Made by a program: the position numbers and the translations under genes. A stretch of DNA of 64,000 nucleotides. It comes from an uncultured Candidatus Saccharibacteria bacterium (GTDB lineage Bacteria > Patescibacteriota > Dojkabacteria > SC72 > JAFGCJ01). Position 1 is the stretch's first letter, and each line of letters starts with the position of its first letter. This document shows, piece by piece, positions 9,526 through 19,224 of the stretch. The stretch covers positions 142,188-206,187 of the forward strand of contig CAYZTC010000001.1 of assembly GCA_964481345.1 (NCBI GenBank). Direction: 5' to 3'. The notes under the pieces are model-generated. The model saw nothing but the letters and a program-made list of their open reading frames with translations, had not been told where the DNA came from and did not search any database.

Positions 9526-10347
9526 TCACCTCTTCTCCCTAATTTTTTTTACCCTACTTGTAAGGGATTTAACTTTAGAAGAATCTACCCTCTGATTATA
9601 CCCCTTAACATTTCTCTCCTTCGAGCTGGATTCCCCCTCCTTCAGAGCAGTACTTACTATCACCATGTCACTAAACTTCAGTAAATCTTTGATATTTTCT
9701 TCGTTTGCACCACTTCCAATTATTACAGGAACTTTCCCTCCTACTGAATTATAAACATTCTCTAATTTATTTAAATCTGGAGCATCTCCCGTCCATTTAC
9801 CTGTCACAATCACCCCATCAGAACCTTCTTGTATAGCCTCCTCAGCTGCATCAGATATTGGTCTTTTGTTTAATAACTCAGAATGCTTTACCTGAATATC
9901 TGTAAACAATTTCACATTCTCTGCCCCAATGTTTTTTCGGTAGCCTACAACTTTCTCTGATTTTCCAACTATCTCCCCAAAATCAGTCATGACATGATCA
10001 ACGAAAACCGGAACTCTGACGAACTCGCAATCATGTTTCAATGCAAGATTCAGCGCTGACTCATATGAATTCCAAAGAATACTTATTCCAATAGGAAGTT
10101 TCGTCTTTAATGAAATAAGATTAATCACATCTGACATAAAATTCTCTGTTTCCTTTTTGATTGTTATTTGATGAGGAAGATCGTAGTTGTTTTCAATAAC
10201 TATTCCATCAATTCCCCCTTTTTCAAGAGATTCAAGATCTTTAAGAGCTGTATCAACAACGACTTCCTTACCAGGAAATCCTTCAAATCCAGGAGTAGGA
10301 AGAAGGTGTACAGCTCCAAAAATTGTATTCGAACTAACAAACTTCAT
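9526..10347 (-). CDS. BtpA/SgcQ family TIM-barrel protein
   Basis: VHLLPTPG, IENNYDLP, DIQVKHS, GVIVTGKWTG, IGSG. Confidence 0.9.
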   Translation of the reverse strand: MKFVSSNTIFGAVHLLPTPGFEGFPGKEVVVDTALKDLESLEKGGIDGIVIENNYDLPHQITIKKETENFMSDVINLISLKTKLPIGISILWNSYESALNLALKHDCEFVRVPVFVDHVMTDFGEIVGKSEKVVGYRKNIGAENVKLFTDIQVKHSELLNKRPISDAAEEAIQEGSDGVIVTGKWTGDAPDLNKLENVYNSVGGKVPVIIGSGANEENIKDLLKFSDMVIVSTALKEGESSSKERNVKGYNQRVDSSKVKSLTSRVKKIREKR

Positions 10348-10494
10348 AGACTTAGTTATATTAAAAGATTGGATACCAAGTAGGGATGGGACTTCCTCCT
10401 ACATTTCATTTCGGCGGGATAAACTTCTCATCCCACTCTGTTAATAATGAACAACAACATTTCTACATTGCGCAAATTAATAATCTTGTACAAT

Positions 10495-10582
10495 CGATAG
10501 GGGTGGGATTCGAACCCACGGCCCCGCATTGCGGGGCACAGCTTTTCGAAAGCTGCACCTTAAGCCACTCGGTCACCCTACC
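10495..10582 (-). tRNA. tRNA-Ser(CGA), CCA not encoded
   Basis: Anticodon arm CAGCT-TTCGAAA-AGCTG, long variable arm GCCCCGC-AAT-GCGGGGC, GGTTCGAATCC, discriminator G. Confidence 0.95.
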
Positions 10583-10585
10583 CAA

Positions 10586-11119
10586 TTATTTCTGGACAGG
10601 TTTTTCTTTCTCGAGCAGGTTTATCCACCTTCCCTCAGACAACTTATCAAATGCCTTTTGATCTCTTAAGTCCTTATACCTCAGTCTCTCTTTTAATAGT
10701 TTATGAACCTCATTCATGTCCTTAGCCCCCACCAACATAATCAACCTGCTTGGAAAGGCTACCCTTGTATCTATATTCAGCAATTTCTGACCATCTTTTT
10801 CTGAAAACCAATACTCTCCCAGCCTCTCCCATTCATACTGTTTCTCTATTGTTTCCACCCCCAATGTCGTCACTAAATGATTAACATTTTCTGGCGGAAT
10901 CGTACCAAGCACATATACCAAAAACATCAAAGCCGCTATTGCCAGCATGAGACCATATTGTCCAAGAATCGCAAGTACAACAAAAAGTGCTAATACCGCA
11001 ACTGCTATACTCCAAAACTTCTTTTTATCTAGTTTTTGAAAAGTTCTCATTGGAGCTGTCCACTTATACAGAATCTCTCTTTGTATCACTTTCTCGTTCT
11101 TTTTCTCTTTTTCAGGCAT
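10586..11119 (-). CDS. conserved CPR-type membrane protein (two TMs plus PH-like domain)
   Basis: LYKWTAP, two TMs, YEWERLGEYWF. Confidence 0.7.
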   Translation of the reverse strand: MPEKEKKNEKVIQREILYKWTAPMRTFQKLDKKKFWSIAVAVLALFVVLAILGQYGLMLAIAALMFLVYVLGTIPPENVNHLVTTLGVETIEKQYEWERLGEYWFSEKDGQKLLNIDTRVAFPSRLIMLVGAKDMNEVHKLLKERLRYKDLRDQKAFDKLSEGRWINLLEKEKPVQK

Positions 11120-11136
11120 TTTATTATTTATTTAAC

Positions 11137-11526
11137 TTATTTAATTAAGATTATACCAATTATAAGCAGAGCCGCTACAACTACTCCTGCTCCAATACTG
11201 AAAAAATGAAAAATATGCAATGTCAAAAGTATAAAAGTAGCAACAAAAAAACCAATCCCAAACTTAATAGGGCGATAAACATCAGGGAATTCCTTTCTCC
11301 CACAATATAAAAAATACTCAAATAGATACTCAAGTAATGACGCTAGAAGTGAAACTCCCGATGACACTAAAAAGACAAAGAAAACAATATTCCAATTATC
11401 TATATCACCCTTATAGCTAAATGGCGAAAAATATTCAAGATTCACAAGATACCAAAGTAATGATAAGTCAGAAACCAAAAGTAATATTGTTGTTACGATA
11501 AATCTCAAAAAGTGCCTTTCTAACAA
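11137..11526 (-). CDS. four-TM hypothetical membrane protein
   Basis: Hydrophobic 129-aa ORF directly upstream of 10586-11119. Confidence 0.65.
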   Translation of the reverse strand: MLERHFLRFIVTTILLLVSDLSLLWYLVNLEYFSPFSYKGDIDNWNIVFFVFLVSSGVSLLASLLEYLFEYFLYCGRKEFPDVYRPIKFGIGFFVATFILLTLHIFHFFSIGAGVVVAALLIIGIILIK

Positions 11527-11637
11527 ATAAACTTCTCGCTGTTTACTATCGACATTTACTCTGATACAATTCTACCAGAATTTCCCCCTCAAATACTGCT
11601 TTCTATCTGTCCAAAATAATTTATTAACCTTTATAAG

Positions 11638-12360
11638 GTGAACGTCTTCATTATTGAAGACTCCCCTACAATAACCCTCATTCTAGAAAGAACACTCAGT
11701 TCATACGGATACATTCCTCTTTGTCACACAAGTGACACCTTCTCAACAAAATTCCTTAAAGATAAACCTCATGAATTTTTTATTATGGATACAAATCTAT
11801 ACAAAGCAGACAGCCTAGAAATCTGTTCAAAAATAAAAGAAGTATGTCCATCTGCATACGTCATAGGTATAAATCATAGAGGAACATGGAAAGACAGAAT
11901 AGAATTTTTAAAAAGTGGTGCAGATGACTGTATTTCGTACCCTTTTCCACCAGAAGAAATACTTGTAAGAATCCAGGCCCTTCTAAGAAGACCCAAAAAA
12001 TATATCTCAAGTAACCTAAAATATGGGAAATTCTTGATTGACACATATAATCAAGAAGCCTTCTACAACAGTAGATTACTTAAACTTTCTAAAAAGGAAT
12101 ACCAAATACTTGAGTATTTTATTCGAAATAAAGAAAGGAAAGTCTCAAGATCTGAATTACTTGATCATGTATGGGACTACCGTAAATCAAGCAGCTCTAA
12201 TACAGTAGATGTTCATATCACAAAGCTTAGAAGGAAAATTACAAAAGCTAAAAACAAAAGATATCTCAACAAAGATAATTTTCAACAAAACTCTGAAATA
12301 CAAACGATATACGGAGTAGGATATCAACTTAAAGATAATTTCGAAGAAAAAGGAAGCTAA
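11638..12360 (+). CDS. OmpR/PhoB-family response regulator
   Basis: IIEDS, IMD, GADD receiver motifs; winged helix ELLDHVW...NTVDVHITKLRRKI...TIYGVGY. Confidence 0.9.
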   Translation: MNVFIIEDSPTITLILERTLSSYGYIPLCHTSDTFSTKFLKDKPHEFFIMDTNLYKADSLEICSKIKEVCPSAYVIGINHRGTWKDRIEFLKSGADDCISYPFPPEEILVRIQALLRRPKKYISSNLKYGKFLIDTYNQEAFYNSRLLKLSKKEYQILEYFIRNKERKVSRSELLDHVWDYRKSSSSNTVDVHITKLRRKITKAKNKRYLNKDNFQQNSEIQTIYGVGYQLKDNFEEKGS

Positions 12361-13499
12361 TCTATCCTCATAGGCATTATTATATGTAGGTAGTTTTCAT
12401 CCTTTTCTGACTTAAACACACCAGGTGCTGTAGAGTTACTACTCTCCATTATCATAGTCTCCCCCTCGATACAGGAAAGCATATCACTAAGAAACTTTGC
12501 ACTAAATCCAATCTCTAGCTTATCACCCTCCACTTTAGCCTTGAAACTACTCTCATTTTCACCCACCTCTACAAGTGCTGCCCCTACCTTCACTTCACCT
12601 TTTTTAGGGTCTATTTCTATTATTGCCTTATTTCCAATTACATTTCTTGCAAATATATTTACTATTCTCACAGCATTTCTAAACTCATCTGTGTCTACTT
12701 CTACCCTTGTCTGATACCCAGTAGGAATTATTTGCTTATACTCTGGAAACTGACCGTCTATCAATCTTGACGTAAGATCAACTTCCTTATATCTAAGTAT
12801 TACCTGATTTTTGCTTTTTAAAAGGTAAACCTCTACATAATCCTTCTTTTTTGAGTCTCCATCCTCATACAGATCACCTATTATTCTTGCTAACTCCTGC
12901 ATTGTTCTTGCTGGTATTAATAGATCCAAAGATTCTTTAGTACTCTTCTCAAGCTCTATAAACTGTCTTGCAAGCCTAAACCCATCCACAGATATCAGGG
13001 TTAACTTTTTTCCATCCACCTCTACTTTTATACCTGTAAGTACTGGTCTAGACTCATCAGATGCCGAAGCTATTGCTACTCTATTTATAGCATTTTGTAT
13101 TTCCTCTGGTTTAACCGAAAAAAGAAGATTCCCGTCCTCTATACTTGGAACTTTTGGAAAATCATCGGCTGGTAAAGTGTTAAATTGAGCAGAATTGTTC
13201 TTCGTTGTTACCTTTAGAATCTGCTTATCTAAAGTAAGATCAACTTTTTCCGAAGGCAGTGAGTTTACAAATTCGGAAAAAGTTCTCGCTGGAATTGTTA
13301 TTATTCCTTCTTCTTTTGCTTCAGCACCAATCCATGTATGTACCCCCATCTCTAGATCAGTTGCTGTTAGCTTAAGCTTGCTACCCTCCGCCTCTACTAA
13401 TACATTAGCAAGGATTGGAAGTCCCGGTTTACTACTTACTAATCTTCCCACTATACCTAACTGCTTAGCTAAACTAATTTGATTACAACCAATCTTCAT
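12357..13499 (-). CDS. dnaN: DNA polymerase III beta sliding clamp
   Basis: LPILANVL, ATDLE, DESRPVLTG, DGFRLA, GQFPEY, IMPMR. Confidence 0.98.
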   Translation of the reverse strand: MKIGCNQISLAKQLGIVGRLVSSKPGLPILANVLVEAEGSKLKLTATDLEMGVHTWIGAEAKEEGIITIPARTFSEFVNSLPSEKVDLTLDKQILKVTTKNNSAQFNTLPADDFPKVPSIEDGNLLFSVKPEEIQNAINRVAIASASDESRPVLTGIKVEVDGKKLTLISVDGFRLARQFIELEKSTKESLDLLIPARTMQELARIIGDLYEDGDSKKKDYVEVYLLKSKNQVILRYKEVDLTSRLIDGQFPEYKQIIPTGYQTRVEVDTDEFRNAVRIVNIFARNVIGNKAIIEIDPKKGEVKVGAALVEVGENESSFKAKVEGDKLEIGFSAKFLSDMLSCIEGETMIMESSNSTAPGVFKSEKDENYLHIIMPMRID

Positions 13500-13956
13500 A
13501 AAAAGATACTCACAAAATTATGTTTGGGCAGACTAATATAACGTAAGTTTTTTAATACAGTAATAGTATATAGTAGGCGGTGTGGAATTGTCCAGAAATA
13601 TTGATTGAGTACTGATAATACAACGTTTTTATAGAGTTCTTTATTGTCGAAAACTTTTATTTTGGTAATACTTCCAGTAGAGGTGTCTATTTGGTTGTTT
13701 TGATAGTATTTTCCTAACAAAAGAAATAGTGAAGAGAAAGAATTTCCCTTATCTATAGATATATTAACGATGTAAAACGTTTTGTGGATAACTTTTGGAA
13801 AAGTTGTTGATAAACAACATATGTTTAGTTTTTATCCATTACTGAGATTAGCTTTGAGATGGGGAACTTTTAATGGTTGTAGGTAAATATGTTAAAAGAG
13901 AGACCCGTTATTATTGCAGGCACTGTCCACAAAATGTGTCCTATTGTCCACAATAT
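13500..13956. other. oriC: replication origin oriC (unwinding part)
   Basis: DnaA boxes TGTGGATAA 13783-13791 plus variants near 13581, 13805, 13832, 13923, 13944; box-GC-trio array at 13551-13597; GC skew changes sign here. Confidence 0.85.
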
Positions 13957-15387
13957 TTAAGATGAGGTTTTACTTTGGTAGAGAGGTATTTCAAAATAAA
14001 ATATTGATCCTTTCCCTTTTTCACTTTTAACCCCTATTTTTCCTTTGTGCGCTTCTATAATGTTTTTTGAGACATATAGACCTAGTCCAGTACCGCCTGT
14101 TCTTACAAGAGAGTTTTGGTCTCCTCCGGTATATGGGTCTATCCTCGAGAATTTTTGAAAAAGCTCATCCTGATCCTTTTTATCAATCCCTCCCCCTGTA
14201 TCTCTTACTGACATTTTCAGAGAGCTTTGGTCTGATATTATTTCTATTTCTATGTATCCCTTGTTAGTATATTTAATGGCATTATTTAAAAGGTTATCAA
14301 TAACCTCTCTTATCCTTACTTTGTCTACTTCAGCGTGGACTTTGTTTTTAGGCTTGTCAAACTCTATTGATAACCCTTTTTCATTAGCAAGGGGGGTAAC
14401 GTCTTTAATTGCTTCACTAACAATATCTACAAAATCATGGGTGTCGATCTGGAGAACAAAATACTCATTGTCTATCCTTGTTGTTTCGAGGAAGGAATTT
14501 ATTATTTGTATTTGCCTTTCTATGCTGTCAATTAATCGTTGGAGATACGTTTTAACTTTGGAGTCAATGGCCTTTGGACTTTCTTTTTTAAGATAATCTT
14601 GCAACATATGGAGGTTTGTCTTAATAACGGACGCAGGTGTTCTGATTTCATGGCCTGCCATATCCATTAAATTCTTCTCTTTCTGATATAAAGCCTCAAG
14701 GTCATCATATAGTTTTTGAAGTTCTTTATTTTTTGACTGGAGAGATTCCGTTGCCTTGTCGATCTTTTGCTGAAGAGTTTCATTAAATGATTCAACTTCT
14801 TTATATAGAAGTGCTCTACCAATCGCTATAGAAGTATTGTCGATGATGCTTTTTAGAAGGGAAGTCTCTTTCCCCTTTGGTATTTTCTTATCGCTTGACT
14901 CTCCAAATAGAAAGAGCCCGGAATATTTAGCTTCCTTAGTCATTGGAATCACTATTTGGATATTGTGCTTCTTCATGATTTCTAATACTTCCATTTTTTG
15001 ATTTGATATCTTGTTACTTGAGTCTTCTCCAATGAGGAAGAGCTCATCTTGGAGAATAAGAGTTTTGTCGCTGTTACTGGAATAGAAGTATTTTGCAAGT
15101 TTTTTTAGCTGGTGAATATCTGGAATTTTTACCTGTTGGCTTTGTTCATAAATGATCTTCTTTTCGTCTGTATCTAATAGGACAACAGCAGATGAGGAAA
15201 TATTGAAGGTGCTATTTATTATTGAAATGAAGAGAGTGGCGATTGCATCAAGATCAAGTTCTGAGGAAAATGTGCTTGTAGAGTACAGCCTGCTTGCCGC
15301 CTTGCTCTTACGTTTAGCGAACGTGTAAAGAGACAGGGCTAGAGAGATAATTCCTGTTATTATTATTGAAACATTCTCAATTCTCAT
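13957..15387 (-). CDS. sensor histidine kinase (TM, GAF-like, HisKA, HATPase)
   Basis: H-box GHEIRTP, N-box NLLNNAIKY, G1 DTGGGI, G2 GGTGLGL. Confidence 0.93.
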   Translation of the reverse strand: MRIENVSIIITGIISLALSLYTFAKRKSKAASRLYSTSTFSSELDLDAIATLFISIINSTFNISSSAVVLLDTDEKKIIYEQSQQVKIPDIHQLKKLAKYFYSSNSDKTLILQDELFLIGEDSSNKISNQKMEVLEIMKKHNIQIVIPMTKEAKYSGLFLFGESSDKKIPKGKETSLLKSIIDNTSIAIGRALLYKEVESFNETLQQKIDKATESLQSKNKELQKLYDDLEALYQKEKNLMDMAGHEIRTPASVIKTNLHMLQDYLKKESPKAIDSKVKTYLQRLIDSIERQIQIINSFLETTRIDNEYFVLQIDTHDFVDIVSEAIKDVTPLANEKGLSIEFDKPKNKVHAEVDKVRIREVIDNLLNNAIKYTNKGYIEIEIISDQSSLKMSVRDTGGGIDKKDQDELFQKFSRIDPYTGGDQNSLVRTGGTGLGLYVSKNIIEAHKGKIGVKSEKGKGSIFYFEIPLYQSKTSS

Positions 15388-15532
15388 AGGACAGTTTATA
15401 AGTGTAAGTCTAAAGGTATTATAGTGGACAGGCTAAACTTTTTGAAATGTCTTTGTGGTGATGAAAACATCAGTTTTAAAAAATTCGTGGGAGTTATTTT
15501 TTGACTCCTGTGTTGGGGTATAAAGCCCTTAT

Positions 15533-16972
15533 TCATAGCTCTATATTGTGAATTTTTTCCTTGAGTGTTTCATCCTCCTCCATCTTCTCTTCTATCCTAT
15601 CTACGGCATTGAGAACAGTCGTATGGTCATTCCTATTTAGTTCTCTTGCAATTCTCTCAAGTGGAAGGTCAAGCTCCTTTCTCATAAGGTACATGCATAT
15701 ATGTCTAGGTACCACTATCTCCGATGTTCGTCTTTTACCCCTAATATCTTTTACTGAAATCCCAAACTCTTTACTTACATTTCTGATGATATCTCTTGGA
15801 GATGTTTTCTTCCTTTTACTAGCAGAGTCTATATGAAGCATCATTGCAACTTCCTCTTGTGAGGGAATTGTTCCTCCTATTTTTACATGAGTACCTACCT
15901 TAATTAACGCACCTTCAAGTTCTCGGATATTGTCATCAAACTCTTTAGCCACAAAGTTAAGGATGTAGTCTGGAAGGAAGATTCCTTTATCATCAGCCTT
16001 TTGCTTTATTATTGCTATTCTAGTCTCATAGTCTGGTGCAGAAATATCGGCTACCATTCCACCTTCAAACCTAGACTTCAGTCGATCAGTTAGTTTTTCA
16101 ATTTCTCTTGGTGGGCAGTCCGAGGCTAGTACGATCTGTTTACCAGTTTGGTATAGGGTGTTGAAAGTGTGAAAAATCTCAGTCTGTGCCATGTCCCAGT
16201 TTGATATAAACTGGATGTCGTCTATCATTAATATATCAAGCTTTCTGTACATGTTCCTGAATTCGTTAGTATTGCCCTTTCTTATAGAATTAACCATCTC
16301 GTTTAAGAAAGATTCGCTTGGACAATAAAGAACTTTTTTGTTTGGATCTCTGTTTATTACTCTGTTTGCAATAGCATGCATTAGGTGAGTTTTTCCTAAT
16401 CCAACTCCTCCATAAATAAAAAGTGGATTGTATGATCTTCCAGGGTTGTCAGAGACAGCATCGGCTGCAGCATGGGCAAGTTTGTTGAAAGACCCAACGA
16501 CGAAGGTTTCAAATGTATATAGTGGGCTTACGTTCCCCTTTTCTCTTGCATCATCTACGAGATTTTGGTGAGTATATGGAATGTTAAAAATGGGTGCCTC
16601 GTTTGGGGAAATTGTTGTGCCATCATATCTGCTTTTTACTTTTTCTTCGCCACCATCTATTTCAAAGACAATGTCGATGTCTCTACCGGTAATTTCCTCC
16701 AGTAAGTTTTTGATAAGTTTGTGGTGATTTGAGTCAAGCCATTCTCTTGCAAAATTAGAGGGGCATGATATTGTAGCAATTCCATTTTCAACTTGTGCTA
16801 GTTCAGTATTTTTAAACCAAGCTGAAAAGTTCTGCGAGGTTATCTTCATCTGAATTTTTTCAAGTGCAATCTTCCAAACCTCGTTTGTATCAATAACCTT
16901 TTCCTTAGATCCTTTAGTGTTTGGAGTCTTCAATTTTTTTACAATAGTCTTTAGTCGGGGCAGATGGGACAA
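15533..16972 (-). CDS. dnaA: chromosomal replication initiator DnaA
   Basis: YNPLFIYGGVGLGKTHL, IDDIQF, RLKSRF, NIRELEGAL, DHTTV. Confidence 0.98.
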   Translation of the reverse strand: MSHLPRLKTIVKKLKTPNTKGSKEKVIDTNEVWKIALEKIQMKITSQNFSAWFKNTELAQVENGIATISCPSNFAREWLDSNHHKLIKNLLEEITGRDIDIVFEIDGGEEKVKSRYDGTTISPNEAPIFNIPYTHQNLVDDAREKGNVSPLYTFETFVVGSFNKLAHAAADAVSDNPGRSYNPLFIYGGVGLGKTHLMHAIANRVINRDPNKKVLYCPSESFLNEMVNSIRKGNTNEFRNMYRKLDILMIDDIQFISNWDMAQTEIFHTFNTLYQTGKQIVLASDCPPREIEKLTDRLKSRFEGGMVADISAPDYETRIAIIKQKADDKGIFLPDYILNFVAKEFDDNIRELEGALIKVGTHVKIGGTIPSQEEVAMMLHIDSASKRKKTSPRDIIRNVSKEFGISVKDIRGKRRTSEIVVPRHICMYLMRKELDLPLERIARELNRNDHTTVLNAVDRIEEKMEEDETLKEKIHNIEL

Positions 16973-17008
16973 ATCCTGTTAGGATAGGACAAGTGGAATG
17001 TATCACCT

Positions 17009-17077
17009 TGTGGATAAGTTTTCAAACCCTTAGTGTGAAATTATGAAATTATGTTGTTGAATAGAAAGTTATCCACA
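17009..17077. promoter_or_regulatory. DnaA boxes in dnaA-rpmH divergent promoter region
   Basis: TGTGGATAA 17009-17017 and TTATCCACA 17069-17077 (perfect consensus). Confidence 0.85.
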
Positions 17078-17172
17078 TGAAATATTAGCTATAATTTCGA
17101 TAGAGAGTTTTTCCATGTGAGGGAAAGTACATCCTTGAGCATTACAAAACCATATGATAAACTCCTTTCGCA

Positions 17173-17358
17173 ATGCCAAAGAGAACCTATCAACCCAAAA
17201 AGAGAAGAAGACTTAAAGTACATGGATTTAGAGCTAGGATGAAAAACCCTGGAGGAAGAAATATTTTAAAAAAAAGGAGGGCTAAGGGAAGGAAGGTCCT
17301 TACAGTATCGGATGAGTTTAGAATCCTCAAAAAGAAACCAAAATCTAGAAACAAATAA
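17173..17358 (+). CDS. rpmH: 50S ribosomal protein L34
   Basis: MPKRTYQPK...HGFRARM...RRAKGR. Confidence 0.97.
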   Translation: MPKRTYQPKKRRRLKVHGFRARMKNPGGRNILKKRRAKGRKVLTVSDEFRILKKKPKSRNK

Positions 17359-17702
17359 TGCTTTCAAAGGAACACAGGCTAAAAAAAACCTCTAGTTTTC
17401 AAAAAGCTCATAAGCTTGGTAAACATATCTCTGGAAAAATTGGAAGAGTAATCATTTATAATCGAAAAGATAATAGCCCATCAAAATTTGGTGTTGTAAT
17501 ATCAGCCGATAGAGGAAATGCGGCAAGACGAAACACTGCTAAAAGGAGGATAAGGCACATTTTTAGGGAAATTTGTAGTAATGTTAAGGATGGATATGAC
17601 ATTTTTTATGTAATTTGGAATGTGGAATTTAAGTATGTTGAAGCTAAATTTGAGATTGAAAAAATGTTGAAAGATGAAATACATACTAATGGGGATAATT
17701 AA
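17358..17702 (+). CDS. rnpA: ribonuclease P protein component
   Basis: RLKK...F, KFGVVIS, AARRNTAKRRIR; synteny. Confidence 0.92.
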   Translation: MLSKEHRLKKTSSFQKAHKLGKHISGKIGRVIIYNRKDNSPSKFGVVISADRGNAARRNTAKRRIRHIFREICSNVKDGYDIFYVIWNVEFKYVEAKFEIEKMLKDEIHTNGDN

Positions 17703-17913
17703 AATATATCAATTTTTCTTTTCATTTGACTATGGAATACCAGGAAAGTTGTTTCCTGGTGTTAGGGTGTGTCGTTTGTATCCCAGCTGTTCTCAGTATT
17801 TTTATGATGCAGTGAAAAAACATGGAAGTGTAAAAGGTACTTTTCTTGGAGTCAAAAGAATTGTAAAATGCGGGCCGTGGACGGAGTATGGTACTTATGA
17901 TCCAGTACCCTAG
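17674..17913 (+). CDS. yidD: membrane protein insertion efficiency factor YidD
   Basis: CRLYPSCSQY...KHG...RIVKCGPW...YDPVP. Confidence 0.95.
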   Translation: MKYILMGIIKIYQFFFSFDYGIPGKLFPGVRVCRLYPSCSQYFYDAVKKHGSVKGTFLGVKRIVKCGPWTEYGTYDPVP

Positions 17914-17935
17914 TTTATTTTTTTAGGTGCTTTAA

Positions 17936-18718
17936 ATGCTTTCTACAATTTGGAATACAATAATCTTTTATCCAATAATGAACGCATTGCTTGTTTTGTA
18001 TTCAGTTTTTGGTAGGAGTCTTGGATGGGCAGTAACGGTACTCACGATCGTTTTAAAGATCTGTCTTTATCCATTTACTAAAAGTCAGTTGGAAGCATCT
18101 AGAAAAATAAAGATCATCCAGCCTCAGCTAGAGAAACTTCAAAAAAAATATAAGAGAAATCCTAAGAAATTACAGGAGGAACAGCTTAAACTTTACAAAA
18201 AAGTTGGGTATAATCCTCTCGGTTGTTTTGCTTCTGTTCTCCTACCACTACCTATACTTTTGGCGATTTATCAGGCAATAAGGATATTTTCTAGCGGTGA
18301 AGTTACAGGAATTTACCAGGTTGTAAAAGATATGCTTGGTACGAATGGTGAGATAGATATCAATACATACTTTTATGTCCTCGACCTTTCAGAGTCATAC
18401 CTTCCTGTTGCCCAAGAGATTGGCTATTTTGCACTCAAGTCTATTCCCTATCTTTTTCTTGTGGTTCTGACTGGTTTAGCTCAGTACCTTTCAGTTAAAG
18501 TGTCTTCCTTGAATACTTCAGATAAGGGGAAAAAGAAGAGTGAAAATGAAGAGATGGCAGCGAGTATGAGCAAATCTATGTCTCTTACGTTTCCACTGAT
18601 GACGACTCTTGTGGCGATGAGTATGCCAGCTGGAGTTACCCTGTATTGGGTAGTACAATCTTTTGTAACCGTTGCTACCTATCTTATATATAACAAACTT
18701 AACAACAAAGTAACATGA
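17936..18718 (+). CDS. yidC: membrane protein insertase YidC
   Basis: IQPQL...KYK, EQLKLYK...NPLGC, GVTLYW. Confidence 0.95.
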   Translation: MLSTIWNTIIFYPIMNALLVLYSVFGRSLGWAVTVLTIVLKICLYPFTKSQLEASRKIKIIQPQLEKLQKKYKRNPKKLQEEQLKLYKKVGYNPLGCFASVLLPLPILLAIYQAIRIFSSGEVTGIYQVVKDMLGTNGEIDINTYFYVLDLSESYLPVAQEIGYFALKSIPYLFLVVLTGLAQYLSVKVSSLNTSDKGKKKSENEEMAASMSKSMSLTFPLMTTLVAMSMPAGVTLYWVVQSFVTVATYLIYNKLNNKVT

Positions 18719-19224
18719 AGAAAGAGAAGGATATACTCAAAGCAGTAAAGAAAACATTAAAAGATTTATTGAAATTTCTGAATGTTGAGGCAGGGTTTGA
18801 TGTCAAGGTTTCCAAGTATGAGGATAATGAGAAAAACAAGATAGAGTACATTGATATTGAGGTAAAAGGTGAAGATTTAGGTGTGTTGATAGGCTACTTA
18901 GGGAGAAACTTAAGAGCTATTCAGAGGATACTTGGAATGATGGTGAATAAAGAGGTGAAAGATATTGATAAAGATGCTGAGTATGTAAGAGTGGTGGTCG
19001 ATGTTGCCGGATATAGAGAAGGAAGAAAGGATCACCTGGAAAAGTATGCACTTCAGGTAAAGGATGAGGTGTTGGAATCAGGGGACGAGGTAGATATGCC
19101 AAGCATGACGGCCTTTGAAAGAAGAGTAATACATCTTACATTATCAAAATATGGTGAGGTAAAGACTGAAAGTTTTGGTGAAGGAAGAGAGAGACATGTG
19201 AGGGTGATGCCTGCCGGCAAATAA
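18715..19224 (+). CDS. jag: Jag/KhpB KH-R3H RNA-binding protein (short form)
   Basis: LIGYLGRNLRAIQ, VDVAGYR, ERRVIH, SFGEGRERHV. Confidence 0.9.
   Translation: MKKEKDILKAVKKTLKDLLKFLNVEAGFDVKVSKYEDNEKNKIEYIDIEVKGEDLGVLIGYLGRNLRAIQRILGMMVNKEVKDIDKDAEYVRVVVDVAGYREGRKDHLEKYALQVKDEVLESGDEVDMPSMTAFERRVIHLTLSKYGEVKTESFGEGRERHVRVMPAGK

Noticed and set aside
9404-9595. 63-aa + strand ORF, and the similar ORF 10386-10661
   Set aside because: Antisense shadows of tRNA-Asn and tRNA-Ser
10381-10437. Hairpin GGGATGGGA...TCTCATCCC downstream of tRNA-Ser
   Set aside because: Single copy in the window; probably a terminator or REP-like element, not enough support for more
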